Assembly: GCF_009834535.1 (NCBI RefSeq)
Contig: NC_045697.1
Span: forward strand, 21,826,001-21,890,000
Origin: Camelus ferus
Taxonomy: Eukaryota
Direction of reading: 5' to 3'
Length of the DNA stretch: 64,000 bases
Shown here: positions 1 through 13,902 of the stretch, in pieces
Layout of the letters: each line of letters starts with the position of its first letter
Numbering within the stretch: position 1 is the first letter of the stretch
Notes under the pieces: model-generated
The model's input: the letters and a program-made list of their open reading frames with translations, nothing else
Told to the model about the DNA's origin: nothing
Databases searched by the model: none
Translations under genes and position numbers: made by a program

Positions 1-87
1 CTTCTTAATTTATCCCTATTTGTTACAACAGTCTTTTAAGATAATTGATATCATAATCTCTAATGTACTGATAAAGAAATGGAGCTT

Positions 88-1976
88 TATACTACCAAAA
101 GCCACATAGATTCAATGCAATCCTTATCAAGATACCAGTGCTGTTTTTTTTTTTCACAGCAGTAGAAAAGCACTCCTAAAATTTATATATAACCACAAAA
201 GATCCTAGATAGCCAAAGAAATCCTGGGAAAGAAGAACAAAGCAGGAGGCATCACACCTGATTTCAAGCTATGTTGTGAAGCTATAGTCATCAAAAGAAT
301 ATGGCACTGGCACAAAACAGACAAACAGACCAATGGAACAGAGTTGAGAGCCCAGAAGTAAACCCAAACATATACGGTCAACTAATATTTGACAAGGGAA
401 CCAAGAATACTAAATGGAGAAAAGACAGTCTTCAGTAAATGGTCTGGGTTAATTTGATAGTCACATGTAAAAGAATAGACCTGTATCTTAATGGATTAAA
501 GGCTTAAATGTAAAACTTGAAACCATAAAACTAGAAGAAAACAGGAATAAATCTCCTTGACATAAGTCTCAGTAAGAATTTTTTGGATAAAACACCTAAA
601 GCACAAGCAACAAAATGAAAAATAAACAAGTGAAACTACATCAAACTGAAAAGCCTCTGGACAGTAAAAGTAACCAGCAATAAAGTAAAAAGACAACCTA
701 CAGAATAGGAAAAATATCTGCAAACCATTTATCTGATAAGGGCTTAATATCTAAAATATATGAAGAACTCAAACAATTCAATACCAATCCCCCTTCCACA
801 CCCGGCCAAATAACCCAACTGAAAAATGGGCAAAGGATCTGAATAGGCATTTCTCCAGAGAAGATACATGAAAGCTCAACAGCTACATGGAAAGATGCTC
901 AGTGTCACCAGTTATTATGAAAATGCAAACTACTTTTTATTTTTATTGAAGTATAGTCAGTTTACAATGTTGTGTTAATTTCTGGTGTACAGCATAGTGA
1001 TTCAGCTATATATATATATATATTTTGAAAGTGCAAATTAAAACCACAATGAGATATTACCTCATAACCATTAGAATGATCCTCATCAAAAAGACAAGAA
1101 ATAGTAAATAATACCATAGATGTGGAGAAAGGGAACTCTTGTGCACTGTTGGTGGAATGGTAAATTAGTGCAGCCACTATGGACAATAGTAAAGAGGAGT
1201 CTCAAAAAATTAAAAATAGAGCTACCATATGATCCAGCAATTCCATTACTGGGTATTTATCCATAGGAAACAAAAACACTAACTTGAAAGTTATCTGCAT
1301 GCTCAGAGCATCATTATTAACAATATCCAAGACATGGAAACAAGCTAGGTAGATGCCCATTATGATAAAGTTATGATATATGTGTGTGTATACACACACA
1401 CACACACAATCACAATGGAAGATTATTCAGCCAAAAAAAAAAAAAAAAAAAAAAAAGAAAATCCTACCATTTGTGAGAAAATGGATAAACCCTGAAGGCA
1501 TCATGCTAAGTAAGTATGTCAGACAGATTTATGCGGGATCTAGAGAAAAAAAAAAACTTACAGAAAAAAAGATCAGACTGGGTGGTTACCAGAGGTGAAG
1601 GGTGGGAGGAGGGAAAACTAGAGGAAAGTGGTCAAAAGTTCAGATTTCTAGTTATAAGATAAATAAGTGCCAGGGATATAATATAATGTAAAACATAATA
1701 AATATAAGCAATACTGGGTGTATGATATATAGGAAAGTCATTGAGAGTAAATCCTAGAGTTGTCATCACAAGGAGAAATTTTTTCTTTCTTTTCTTTTTA
1801 TTGCATCTATATGAGATGGATACTAGCTGCAACTATTGTGGTAATCATTTCACAATATATGTAAATCAAACCATCATAGTATATGCCTTAAACTTAAATA
1901 GTGATATATGTTAATTATTTCTCAATAAAACTGGGAAATATAAAATACATTAGCAAAAACCTAAAAAAAAAAAAAA
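88..1976 (+). mobile_element. 5'-truncated LINE-1 (L1MA-like): ORF2 C-terminal region, 3'UTR and A-tail, inserted into a MIR
   Basis: Contains L1 ORF2-like 'agattcaatgcaatcc', 'ccatatgatccagcaattcc' and an L1MA-type 3' end 'gtggtaatcatttcacaatatat...ctcaataaaactgg' followed by poly(A). MIR-like halves lie at about 20-87 and 1977-2065. Confidence 0.9.
933..1025 (-). mobile_element. Very short young L1 3'-tail insertion nested in older L1
   Basis: 'ttttattgaagtatagtcagtttacaatgttgtgtt' L1 3' terminus. TSD tgaaaatgcaaacta (918-932) / tgaaagtgcaaatta (1026-1040), 13/15 identical. Confidence 0.85.
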
Positions 1977-2335
1977 TAGAGGGTTAAAGATATTTTGTAA
2001 GAATTCCAGATCATATGACATGTAAGATTCAGGATCAAGACAGGAATTCAGGTAGTTTAACTCTATTGTTGATCTTTTAGAACAATAATGACCTGTCTCC
2101 TTGAAGCAGAGATTCTCCTCCATCCCTGTTTTTATTTTTCCTAAAGAAGTGGAAAATGATTCAGTAGTGAAGAAATCATAAATGATAAGACTCTGAATGT
2201 GGCCAACTCATAAAAACTCAGGTATAGAATAGAGCCACTGGCATGCAGAAACCTACAAAGAAGGTGATTGTTTCATTTTACCTTCCCTCTGGCAGAGCCA
2301 AATTAAAATTGAGTATTTTCTGATACCTTCTCAGT

Positions 2336-2870
2336 TGTTCAGAACAGAACTGAGCTTAGAGTCCGAACATGCAAATTGACAATGGCTAGACTATACAAAA
2401 AATTGGCATGCTGACCCACAACCTGCAGCAATCTGCCCAAGAAACCAACCTTTAATCTGTAATAAGCAATCTGGGAGGCAGATTGCTATCTCCCGTGACA
2501 AACCAGGAAGCTAGACAATGACTTCTGTTACAGTCACTCAGAAATGGCCAAGACCTGATTAATAACTGCAAGTTTCCTAAATTTTGTTCCCGCTTCCAAC
2601 TTGAGACCAACCAGAGAGAAATGAATATGCAGCCCTAAAGCATCATGCGGCACCCCAAACTTCTAGCTGTCCACCCACAGCTTCCTGTCAACAGCTTCCA
2701 GCCAGGGCTTACCGAGTCTTCCTCTTTTTCCACTGCAAAGCTTTCCCTTTCCTCTGCCTTCCTTTGGATCTGCAAAACTCAGTTCAAGGCGGCTGACTCC
2801 CTTGCTATATTAGTAAGCTCAGAATAAATAACCTTTGCTTTTCTCATTTCTGTTTCTATTTCTATAGTGC
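2336..2870 (+). mobile_element. ERV1-class solo LTR (MER34/MER39-like)
   Basis: Starts TG ('tgttcagaac'), has LTR-like internal motifs and AATAAA near 2823. Family and right edge are uncertain. Confidence 0.6.
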
Positions 2871-3049
2871 TCAGTGGTGTTGGGGATACAAAACAAGTCA
2901 AAGATACGTCCTTGACTTTGAGATGCTGATAATCTGCTTGAAAGAAGATGTGCATATGAAAATAATTTAGAAAAAAATAAGAATCCACATTTAAGTAAAA
3001 TGACAAACTATACAATTTTAAAATAATTTAGAGAGTGTTACAATGTTTA

Positions 3050-3200
3050 GTCAAGTTTGGGCATTACACAGGCCTGAAATTAAATCCAGCTATGTGCCAT
3101 ATGACCTCTGTAGCTTTTGGATATTAGCTCAGATTCTAAGCTTCAGCATTCTCCTTTCTCAGATGAAGATATATCTATATCATAGAGAGTATGTATAATT
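3050..3200 (+). mobile_element. MIR SINE fragment
   Basis: Degenerate MIR core 'aaatccagctatgtgcca...ctaagcttcagcattctc'. Confidence 0.55.
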
Positions 3201-5545
3201 GTGTAATATACAGTAATAATTTAATACATTAATGTCCTTTTTGTTTCTTTATTGTTATTGTTTATATAATTTAAAGAGGAAGTATACCGAGGTAATATGG
3301 AACTTATTTCATGGATACAATGAAGTATGAATGAGATCACTTTATGAACTAGTAAAGAGGAAAACGGGTATTCCAGATGAAGAACAACAAGAAAGAACTA
3401 TTCATGAATATGTTTTATTTTGTTGTTAAAAATACAGAAAGCAACTCCTTGGGTGTACAAAAAAAGATACATAAATAAATTTTAAAAGTTAAAATAATCA
3501 ATAAACTTAGATATTTGGATACAGACTAAGCAACTGACCCAAATGACAACAAAGAATAGTTATTGCTCTTAAGCACAGAAGTGATCAAAGACAATTTTAG
3601 AAAAATAAGATTATTAGTGAATGTACTGGAGAAAGGTATTATTAGATTCAGGGAGACCACTTAAGAAGCTATTAAAGCAACACAGAAGCAGTAATATAGC
3701 CCAAATTAAGTCATCTGTTAGCAGTGCTTCTCAAATGGCTTCAAGTTTTCAAGCCTGGTAATCATCAATGGAAATGGGGGGAAAACGACCATACAGGAAT
3801 TACAGTATGTGGTGACAGCAGTTCATAGAGGCAGTTTAAACTAACTTGAGTTATTTGAATTTATTTTATTTACTCCCATTGGTTTGTTGGTACTCCATAT
3901 TTTCCCCTACCATTTCTACATCTTTTCTGTTGCCCGAATTCTAGCTATTTTAAAAATACTCAAGTGCTATATACAACCTTTCATGATTATTCATGTCAAT
4001 AATTGTATGCTATCAGTCCTATTCACCCTATTTCCACTAATTCACACTCTTTCCAGGCACATACTAGGCATAGAATTGGATCTTACTTTCAGTTCTCTCT
4101 GAAGTTGGGTGTTATCGTATACTTCGATTTGGTCAGTAAAATGTGTAACTATAGGTGGAATTCTTTAAAAGACAAAGTGCAGTGCTTTATAATTTTCACT
4201 CTATCATAGATCACAGGCTTCAATAGCCTACGTCCCTGAAAAAGAGTACAACACTTAAGGAATTGAGTAAATGATAACTTTGCAAAAGAGAAAGCCAAAG
4301 TTCTGATGGGTTGACTGGGGAATTTTACTAGACCCTTAATGCAGAAATTAAATCAATGCCATGTATAAATAAATCCCTCTTTCCCTTCCTACAGCTGGGC
4401 AATTTGTGCAATCTGCGTGGCCATTTGTAGACTCTCTTACTATTTGAACTCTAAAAACACACAACATAGTCTCACACAAACAGTAGATGCTTAACAAACA
4501 TTTTTCCCCCTAAGTAGTTAAGATGTTCCATCAGCAGTTAAGAACTTGGAACTTGAGCTTGACAGGTGACTGGTACTAAGAATTGCTATTTTGATGCCCC
4601 AAGTATTAGCTCTTCATTCACTGTGAATTGAATTTTCTGGTACTGCTCTATCCATATCTCGTAATCACCGACTACTTATCAAATGAACCAATAAAAGTAG
4701 TTTTTAATCTTTGCATTACGTAAAGGCTTGTCTCATTTTGCAACATGATTACCCTTAGGAACTCAGATCTATAGATTTATTTTTATCATTTATCTTTAAT
4801 GATGTCTTTCATTTGACTGAATTCATCAAGCACTTACTGAAGACCAAATATGTGTGCTCATAGTATTAAGTGTGTAGAGAGACCACAAAGAGTATGGCAT
4901 AAGACAGTTAAAGGTGTGCCATCCAAAGGGATGGGAGGGTACAAAATAAGGGTAAAATAAACCTATAATAAAACAATAAAGTTTGTAATTACATGAAGAA
5001 GGTATTCTGAGAGTGTGTAGAAAATAAAAATTAAATTTTCACAAGGGGAATTGGGAATAGAATTTAACTAAAAGAAAACGTTCAGTTTTTCAACAGGCAT
5101 CTTACAGACATCCAAAAAACAATAAAGACTTTACTGTAAGCCTAGATACTAGGGCTGTTACAATCCAAGATGTAGATGGCATTATCAAGGAAAGATGAGC
5201 ACATGTATTGTCCCTTTACAGAATTCTGATTGCAAGCAAGCCAATCATCTCCATACGCCTGCAATTATCCATAATAATTTCACATTTCCTTTGATTAATT
5301 CTTCTGCTTCCCTACATACAAACATGTAATGAAATGGCCCTCCCTTACCTTGCACATTGTTCTAATTATTGTTTCATTTCCTTTAGTACTGTAATGAAAA
5401 TGGAGCATTCAATCAAGAGATTATCGCTCATACATTGAAGAGAACATTACTAATTATGTAGTATCAAACCTACCACTTCAGGGCCATGCAGAAGGTTGCC
5501 TAATTATCCAGTGATTTCAGGACAATTTATACTGTCAATCTGAGT

Positions 5546-5589
5546 AAAAAATAAAATAAAATAAAATAAAATAAAATAAAATAAAATAA
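5546..5589. repeat. (AAAAT)n microsatellite
   Basis: About 8 tandem AAAAT units. Confidence 0.95.
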
Positions 5590-5754
5590 GGCTGTTTTTT
5601 CACTCCTTCCTCCTTTTTGCTTTATCTTTCTCATTGATACCCTTGGCTTACAGGTAGAAATAAATTTATTTGGTAATTCTATAAATTTGGGACCCTAGGC
5701 CTGGATTTTTTTTTTTCTATATTAAAAAACTTACTGGTTAGTTTCTTGTTTGCT

Positions 5755-5945
5755 ATTATGTATAAAATAAATAAGCTACAAGGATATATTTTACAACACA
5801 GGGAATACAGCCAACATTTTATAATAACTATAAATGGAGTAATAGCCTTTAAAATTATAAATCACAATGTTGTATACCTGTAACTAATAATGTACATTAA
5901 ATATATCATGATTTTTAAAAGTATCTAAAAATAAAATAATTTTTT
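5755..5945 (+). mobile_element. Short L1 3'UTR end
   Basis: 'acaaggatatatttt acaacacagggaatacagccaa...tgttgtatacctgtaactaat' followed by an A-rich tail. Confidence 0.75.
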
Positions 5946-6598
5946 AAAATGTATTATTTTACCCCCACCCTACCTCACTCCCTCCACAAACAGTAAACAT
6001 ATTTACTAGCCTTGTTACTGGAAAGACTAATCTGGAATAATGTTTAATGCTTTATTTTCAAATTTTCCAAAACTCTCCAAACTCACAGTTTATTACTTAA
6101 AATCTACTACTTCCTAAAGCTAGTGTTAAGAAGAAAAACAAGGGCATTTGTAAGCTCTGGAAAATAAATGTCTGGATGTAAAGCGTGCTGGAAATTTTGC
6201 TAATATAGGACATCAAGAACCATGTTCAAAGATTAGCACCATGTTTCTAGTTTCTAATTCCTACATATTACTTTGCAGTAAACAACCAAAACTAAAATTC
6301 TCATACCTGATTCGATAATTCTCATTCTTTATGGAATTAAGATTCTGCCAAAAGCAACTGAGGTAACCACTGTGCAACAAACATGTAGCTGAGTATAGGG
6401 TTAAATGTGATGACAATACAAAGAATAAACATCAAAGCTTATTAATTAGTATCTAGTTAAATCAAAACCCTAATAATGTTTCTTGGTTTAATTCTTTTAA
6501 GAATATCTGTATTATAATTAACTGTGATGACTAAAGAAAGGTAAATTTTTTAAAAAAAAGTCATGACATTATTTTCAAACAAAACTCTACAGGTAACA

Positions 6599-7076
6599 CA
6601 GATCTCAGACTTATGACGGGGTTACATCTGAAAAAAAAAAAAAACTCATCACAAGTTGAAGATATCACAAGTCAAAAATGCATTTAAAACCCCAACCTAC
6701 AGAACACCATAGCTTAGACTAGTTTACATTAAGTGTACTCAGAATACTTACATTAGCCTATGGTGGGGCAAAATTCTTTTACAATAAAGTGTTGAACATC
6801 TTGTGTAATTTATTGAATCCTGTACTGAAAATGAAAAACACAATAGTTGTATGGGTACAGAATGGTTTCACCCTCGATCGCTTAGATGACTGGGAGCTGC
6901 AACTTGCTACCCCAGCCCAGCATCCCCAGGGGGTATCACACCACACATTGCTAGTCTGGGAAAAGGTCAAAATTCAAATTTTGTTGTACGGTTTCTACTG
7001 AATACCTGTTGCTTTCACACCATCATAAAGACAAAAAAATGTAAGTCACACCATCGTTAAGTCAGGGACGATGTGC
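6599..7076. mobile_element. TcMar-Tigger non-autonomous element (Tigger5/MER47-like)
   Basis: Imperfect terminal inverted repeats 'cagatctcagacttatgacggg' and 'ccatcgttaagtcagggacgatgtg'. Internal 'catagcttag...cttacattagccta' matches the remembered MER47 consensus. Confidence 0.8.
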
Positions 7077-7115
7077 ATTTCTATTCACAAAACTTAGAAA
7101 ACTATGGAGCTTAAA

Positions 7116-7264
7116 ACTGGTTCTCAACACTGGCTGTATAGAGGGATCATGTAAAGATACCAGGGCTCTATACTAGATCAAGTAAATCAGGAACTCTAAA
7201 GATGGGGCTCAAATAGTAGAACCCTCCAGATGATTTCAGTGTGTAGCCAGTTTGAGAACCACTG
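7116..7264. mobile_element. hAT-Charlie MER5-like element
   Basis: Inverted ends 'ctggttctcaa' and 'ttgagaaccactg'. Confidence 0.7.
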
Positions 7265-7584
7265 GGCTGCAGAATGGATGAAAAGGATGCTTTCTAACAA
7301 GTGGCACATTGTTTATGTTCATGAGCTTAAACTACAAAGACAATTGAAACACATGCAGGGCTTAAAGTCTAATTTTCACTGGGACCAGGCCCTGTACTTT
7401 TTCATCTTAAGTTTAGCTTTACATTTATTCCTTCACTTGCTGTAGATACATTGAAAATCTACAGCATCAACCTAACTCTGCTAACTGTGAAGCTCTCCTT
7501 TCTCCCTCATTTCACCTCTTCCCTGTCTTGTCTAATATAAAAAAAAAATTCTTGGTCAGAGACAGGTCACAAGAAAAAATCAAT

Positions 7585-8600
7585 CCTTACAAATTTTAAA
7601 ATTATTTGTTCTAGTTCTGTGAAAAATGTAATTGGCACTTTGATAGGGATTGTATTGAATCTGTAGATAAACTTGGGTAGTGTGGTCATTTTAACAATAT
7701 TGATTCTTCTAATCCAAGAACATGGGACATCTTTCCACCTATTTGTGTTATCTTCAGTTTCTGTCATCAGTGTCTTACAGTCTTCCAAGTACAGATATTT
7801 TGCCTCCTTAGGTAGGTTTATTTCTAGATATTTTATTCTTTTTAACGTGATGGTAAATGGGATTGTTTCCTTAATTTCTCTTTCTGATAGTTCACTGTTA
7901 ATGTATAAAAATTTAACAAATTTATGTATATTAATTTTGTATCCTGAAACTTTAGTGAATTCATTGATGAGCTCTAGTAATTTTCTGGTGGTATCTTTAG
8001 GCTTTATTATGTGTAGTATCATGTCATCTGCAAACAATGGCTGTTTTATTTCTTCCTTTCCAATTTGGATTCCTTTTATTTATTTTTCTTCTCTGATTAC
8101 TTTGTCTAGGACTTCCAAAACTATGTTGAATAAAAGTGGTGAGATAGGATATTCTTGTCTTCTTTCAGACCTTAGTGAGAATGCTTTCATTTTTTTACTG
8201 TTGAGTATGGTGTTAGCTGTGGGTTTGTCATACATGGCCTTTATTACGTTGAGGTCCATCCCCTCTACACCCACTTTCTGGAGAGTTTTTATCATAAACA
8301 GATGTTGAATTTTATTAAAAGCTTTCTCTGCATCTATTGAGATGATCATATGGTTTTTATTCTTCAATTTGTTAATGTGGTGTAGCACATTGATTGATTT
8401 GCAGATACTGAAAAATCCTTGCATCCCTGGGATAAATCCAACTTCATCACGGTGTATAATCCTTTCAATGTATTGCTGAAATCAAATTGCTAGTATTTTG
8501 TTGAGAATTTCTGCATCTATATTCAGTGATATTGGCCTGTAATTTTACATTTTTGTGACATCTTTGTCTGGTTTTGGTACCAGGGTGATACTGGCCTCAT
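7585..8600 (-). pseudogene. LINE-1 ORF2 reverse-transcriptase fragment (in-frame stops, no frameshift)
   Basis: ORFs 8424-8080 and 8037-7567 are the same frame split by one TAA. It reads [10 protein letters not shown]...ISIDAEKAF...[12 protein letters not shown]...LFADDMI, i.e. L1 RT motifs including the catalytic FADD. Confidence 0.95.
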
Positions 8601-9914
8601 TCAAAGACGATGGGAAAAGACAGAAAGGCAGAAAGAGAGAAAGAGGGGAGAGGGAGAAGAAGACAATGTGGAGGGGCATAAACAATCAGCTTCAAAAACA
8701 CATTTGAAAATATAAGAATATAAGAACAATACACAACTTTGTCAGTCTTTCTTATATGTTGAAGATTCTTCCATTGCTAGAATAGAAATCATGTTTTTTA
8801 AAAAAAAATTCAGATTACACAGTAGAAACACAAGCAAAGATACAGTAGTTTTTATGGGTGATTAGTGATAACTAGAAAAAATAATGTATTTAATAACATA
8901 AAAGATAGGTTCTCATTTTCATACTTTCTTCCTTCTTTTATTATTTATGTTAGATCATGGGTTTACAATCCAATAATAAAACAACTAGAAGGGAGAAAAG
9001 GGAAAAGACATACCTGCTACATAATGAACTGTACTAAAAAGAAAGAAGATGAGTATCTTTTTTTCATTAAATCAATTTTCTCCATAAAGCAACAGTATTT
9101 AACTTTCTTAAAGTATGGGTAAGTTTGCTATCACTGCCTTTGCATGGAAATTTATATTTATGTCTTCTTCACAAGGTCAGTGTTATTATTCCTATTCAAA
9201 TTTAATAATCTGAAAATAAAAAAAAATTTATCACCAACCAGAATTGTACAGAGAATGTAAATTGACTGCTCCACTCTCCTTTCTAAGAAATGCAAAATTA
9301 ATTTCATTTAAGGTAGCAACATGCCCAGATAAAAGACTGAATCTCCTGTTTTCCTCCCAACTAGACGTGGTAAGGGAGATTTATGAGAAAGTTGTTGGAC
9401 GGAGCCCCAAGGAAGATTCACTGATGTAAGGACATGTGATATATGATATGGGGTTTTTTGATCCCTTGTCTCACTGGTATCCCCCACAGGGATAGGAAAG
9501 CTAGACTCCCATCGAGCATTTGGTCCATAAGACAGCACTAAGAATGAAGCCACTCTAGAATGAAGATGGGGTAGATACAGATAATGTGAAGCAACAGTAT
9601 CAGTCCCAGACTATCTGTACCCTGGCTTCATTAACAGAGACAGACATATATTATTACCTTTAGTCACTGCTATTTCTAGTGTATCATTTAGAAATTAACA
9701 CATGATACAAATTTTTAAGAGGAATGTAAGTATACTGAATGCAAGGTTTATTCCTAAAGTTTATAAAAGACAGGATTTTTGTCCTTAAACAATTTAGAAA
9801 CTAAAGTTGTAAACAATAGGGAAGAAAAAAAATGTAGCAGGGATGATGGGTTAATATAGGTACATTCAATATAATGCTTTTTATCTAAGACACATACACT
9901 TCTGAGTCCTTTAA

Positions 9915-10200
9915 AATTTTTCTATTTTGAAAAATTTTAAATTTATAAAATTATAAAGAAAAGATGTGTACCCATCATCTAGATTTAATCTTTAACAATA
10001 TATTGAATTGTAAGATCAATTACAAACTTTGACAGTTTCTTCATCATACTTCTATATATAGATCTAAGAATAAAAACATTTTCCTTCATAACGACAATAA
10101 CATCACCTCTGGAAATTTTAATAATTTTACAGCACTTTTCAATTACTCCGTCCATATATAAATTTTCCCAAATGTTCCTCAATGGCTTTTTTACAGTGAG
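9915..10200 (-). mobile_element. Old L1 (L1MC/ME-like) 3' end fragment
   Basis: Antisense L1 3'UTR-like text 'gtacccatcatctagattta...aaattttcccaaatgttcc'. Confidence 0.5.
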
Positions 10201-11551
10201 AAGCACTCAGTATTGAAGTTGAGTATGAGCTGAGTGCCACGAGAGGAAAAAGTTGGGTATGAAAGAACACATGGAGAAGAATCCAATGGAAGGAAGGAAG
10301 GGAACAGAATGGAGAGAGTGACTTGGGAATGGGAATGGGAGATGAACAAAGGAGTATGTTTATATGAAATATGGGAAGTGAGCAAAGCACTGGAGAGTTT
10401 TGGGAAATGCAGATAGTATCTATAGTAGTCTGGTGGATGCAAATTTTATAAGCCAACAAAGAGATGAAAAGAGTAGTTGAAAATAAGCTCTTTAAAACAG
10501 GGGAATCAAAATAATCAGCTCAGAAGGCATTTACTCAAGCAAACTACTTGGGTAACTTACACTAGTCTCTATGTGTACTTTATAAATATTTTGATTTTTT
10601 CAGTTATATTTTGTATTTTTGCCATTTAGTCTAGGATCAGAAGTGTGTTAAACGTAATTTGCCACAAATGAGTGAAAAAGGCCCAGCATAAGACGAACAA
10701 TAGTACAAATACAATGGTAAATGGCACTCACATCACTCCTGCCTTGAGTTGACAGCAGAAAACAGGAGTTTTCACTCCTGCCTTCTACCTAAGCCTTCCT
10801 AACAGAGGCAGCTGCTGCTCAGAGTCATCTGATCTTTCCACTGTGGACGTGGAAAGTCAAAGCACATCTTTTGACTTTTTAAGTGAAGGCAGAAATCTCG
10901 ATCTTGCTAAATGCAAAAATCTCATCATTATTCAAGACTGGCAATCAAAGCTCAGTTTAAAAGTGGTGCAGGCAAACAGTGTGTGTATGAAATGAAACAA
11001 GCACCTCTGTGGGCAGAACTGGCCTCTGTGCTGTAGCGTGTTACATTTCCTCTAACAAAGGTGACGAAGCAAAACTGCTCACTGGGTGCAAATTTATAAG
11101 ATACTTTTCGAAAGCATTAGGAAGTCACCTCAATTTACATAGTTCCCTCAATTAGTTTCCTTCCTGCTTCAGTTTCTCCTACCTGAGTAAGAAGATAGTC
11201 ATTGTCCTGGATGACTGCCCCCTAAGTATACAAGATAAGAATGTAACTGATTCAGTGACATCTTGAACAAAGACCTTTCTGGTGGCAGCCTCCTTTAAAG
11301 AAAAGAAAATAAGAAAATTCTTTGAGTTATACTTCTATTTCAGAAAAGAATGAGCCAAATGTACATAGTTAACTGATCAGGAAGTATTTCATTCCAAATC
11401 TCTGGCAGAAGAGTTAGATCCAATCTAATCACATTATTAAAGAGCAGTACTTAGATTTCAACATTTTCATTGTAGCAGGTTGAAATTTTTACTAAGGATT
11501 AAATCCAATCCTGAGAAGAAAAACATAATTTACTTTAAATTTTGTATTTAT

Positions 11552-11962
11552 CTTATACACGGCATCCTGCAAAAAGCAAAACTATAGCGGCAGTACAAAG
11601 ATCAGTGGTTGCCAGGGATGAGTGGAGAGGGAGAAACACATAGGGTAGACCAGAAAGGATTTTAAAGCAGTGAAACTTCTCTGTGCGATAATACAATGGT
11701 GGACACATATTATAAGTCTGTTCACACCCTTAGAGTGTACAACACCAAGGGTGAACCCTAATGTAAACCAAGGACTGTGGGTGATTATGATCTGTCAAGG
11801 AAGGTTGATCTGTTGTAACAAATGTACCATTCTGGTAGGACTTGATGATGATGGATGAGCTATGCATATGTGGGAGAAAGGAGTTTGTGGGAAGTATTTA
11901 CACCTTCCTCTCAATTTTGCTGTAAACCTGAAACTGCTCTAAAAACAGAAAGCCTTTAAAAA
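11552..11962 (+). mobile_element. L1MC-like 3' end
   Basis: 'gatcagtggttgccaggg...tgtacaacaccaagggtgaaccctaatgtaaac...ctgtaaacctgaaactgctctaaaa'. Confidence 0.85.
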
Positions 11963-12698
11963 GAGGAAGAAAAAACATCACATTTTAAAATTCTAAATAA
12001 GTGGGTCCTGTTTGGCCAATACCATGAGATTTTGTCCTCCCTTTGATATTTGAACCAGCACTGTGTGTGAAGATCAAGCACATGGAGAATAACGGGAAAT
12101 ACATCACTGGATATACTATTAGTAGAAAATGAATCTTTAATGTGGTGAAAATTTTGTAAAATCCACCAGTTATTGCTACACTGTTTCTTGGAGAGAATGT
12201 GGCAAGACAAAAAATATCTCCAGAAGAAACAGCCTTTAACACAACAAAAAACTATTACTGACATCAAGCTACGTATATTATCATAAAACAATGTCAGTTT
12301 TCAGTTTGAGTGTTAGTATTGGAAGGCATTGGTGTGGAATCAGCAAAACACATCAAAGCATACGGAAAGGAGAGATAATATAATCGGGATGAAATTTATG
12401 AACCAATTCTTCAGAAAAATGGAAATATATGTATGTAAATAAAAACTTTGGTGTACAATTAGGATAGTTACAAAAAAAATAAACAAATCCCTCAGACAGA
12501 CTTTCTGGGCTTGCGTGAATCTCCAGTAAAGAACCTCTAGGTTAGAAGAGATAATTTTGGACAGGATGAATAGGAACAAAGGCCCAAAACCTCAAATTTG
12601 AGACAGAAGTCTGGAAGCAATTATGCAGACCAAAACTGGGGAAAGTCCTCATCTTAAAAACAAATACATGAATCTGAATTATGTAGAAAATCAGAGTG

Positions 12699-13034
12699 TA
12701 CAGTGGACCCTCCATTAACACAGGTTCCTCATCCATGAATTTTAAAAACTGTGCATCAAAAAATTCAGGAAAAATGTTTCAAAAAGCAAAACTTATATTT
12801 GGGATGCACTGGCAACTGTTTACGTTACATTTACATTGTATTTATAACTATTTATATAGCATTCACATTGCATTAGGAATTATAAGTAATCTAGAGATGA
12901 TTTAGAGCATACAGGAGGATGTGCATATATTATATGCAAATACAATGCTGTTTTATATATACAAGAGCATCTATGAATTTTGGTATCCACGGGGGTCTTG
13001 GAACCAATCTCCTTCAGATACCAGGGGATTACTT
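12699..13034. mobile_element. MER2-like Tigger DNA transposon
   Basis: Starts 'tacagtggaccctcc', internal 'tataagtaatctagagatgattta', ends 'gataccaggggattact'. Confidence 0.85.
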
Positions 13035-13519
13035 ACGTATTAATTTCAAAGTATTTAGTTAATGCCCATTATGTGTCAGATATTTCAATACATGCTAAAG
13101 ATTTAACATGAAGACAAAAATCCATGCCATCAAAAAACTCACAGTTTGGGATGGTCTATTTGTCAAGATCAAGCTAGGTTCAGATCAGTAACAAACAGAC
13201 AGACAGTAATTAAAATATGCATATTCAGCAGATTAGAGCAATGGGCCAAGGAAGGCTGAATGTCCAAGAAGATACTCAGGCACCAAGACCAGAGTGTAGA
13301 ATGAAGAATCCAACAAAACTTATTGCACATACAAGAATTATCAGAATAGGTGCAAGAATTACAGGAAGCTGGATCGCAAGAATGATGCCACTAGTGTCAA
13401 AATCCTTTGTTCACAGAATCAGATTCCCCAAATTGTAGAATGGGTAAAAGTTTAGAATTCATCCAAAATAACTGTGCTCCCATTCAAGGGGTCCTTCTAC
13501 ATTATCTCTGACAGATGGT

Positions 13520-13866
13520 TAACTTCAATAGTTCTACCAATATTTTCTAAATGTTTATGTGTATGTAAGAAAGCTATTGTTTTTTATATCTTAATCTTGT
13601 AAATAGCTCCCTTATTGAATTTGTCTGTTGTTTCTGAGGATTTTTTTCAGCTTTCTCACGTTTTCCAGGTATAAAACTAATAACATCTGCAAATAACGAT
13701 AAGTTAGATGCTTTCCTTCCCATGTTTATAGCAATTAGGTCTTTCTCTTACCTAATTGCATTGTCAAGTTCTGCCAGGAAGTGTTTATAAATAGTGGCAA
13801 TATTGGGCATTACTGACTTCAATGGTAATGACCTAGTATTTCACATGTAAGCATAATTGTGGCTTT

Positions 13867-13902
<36 letters not shown>

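Noticed and set aside
7673..8308. 211-aa hydrophobic plus-strand ORF resembling a membrane protein
   Set aside because: It is the antisense frame of L1 ORF2; such T-rich antisense ORFs are a common artefact.
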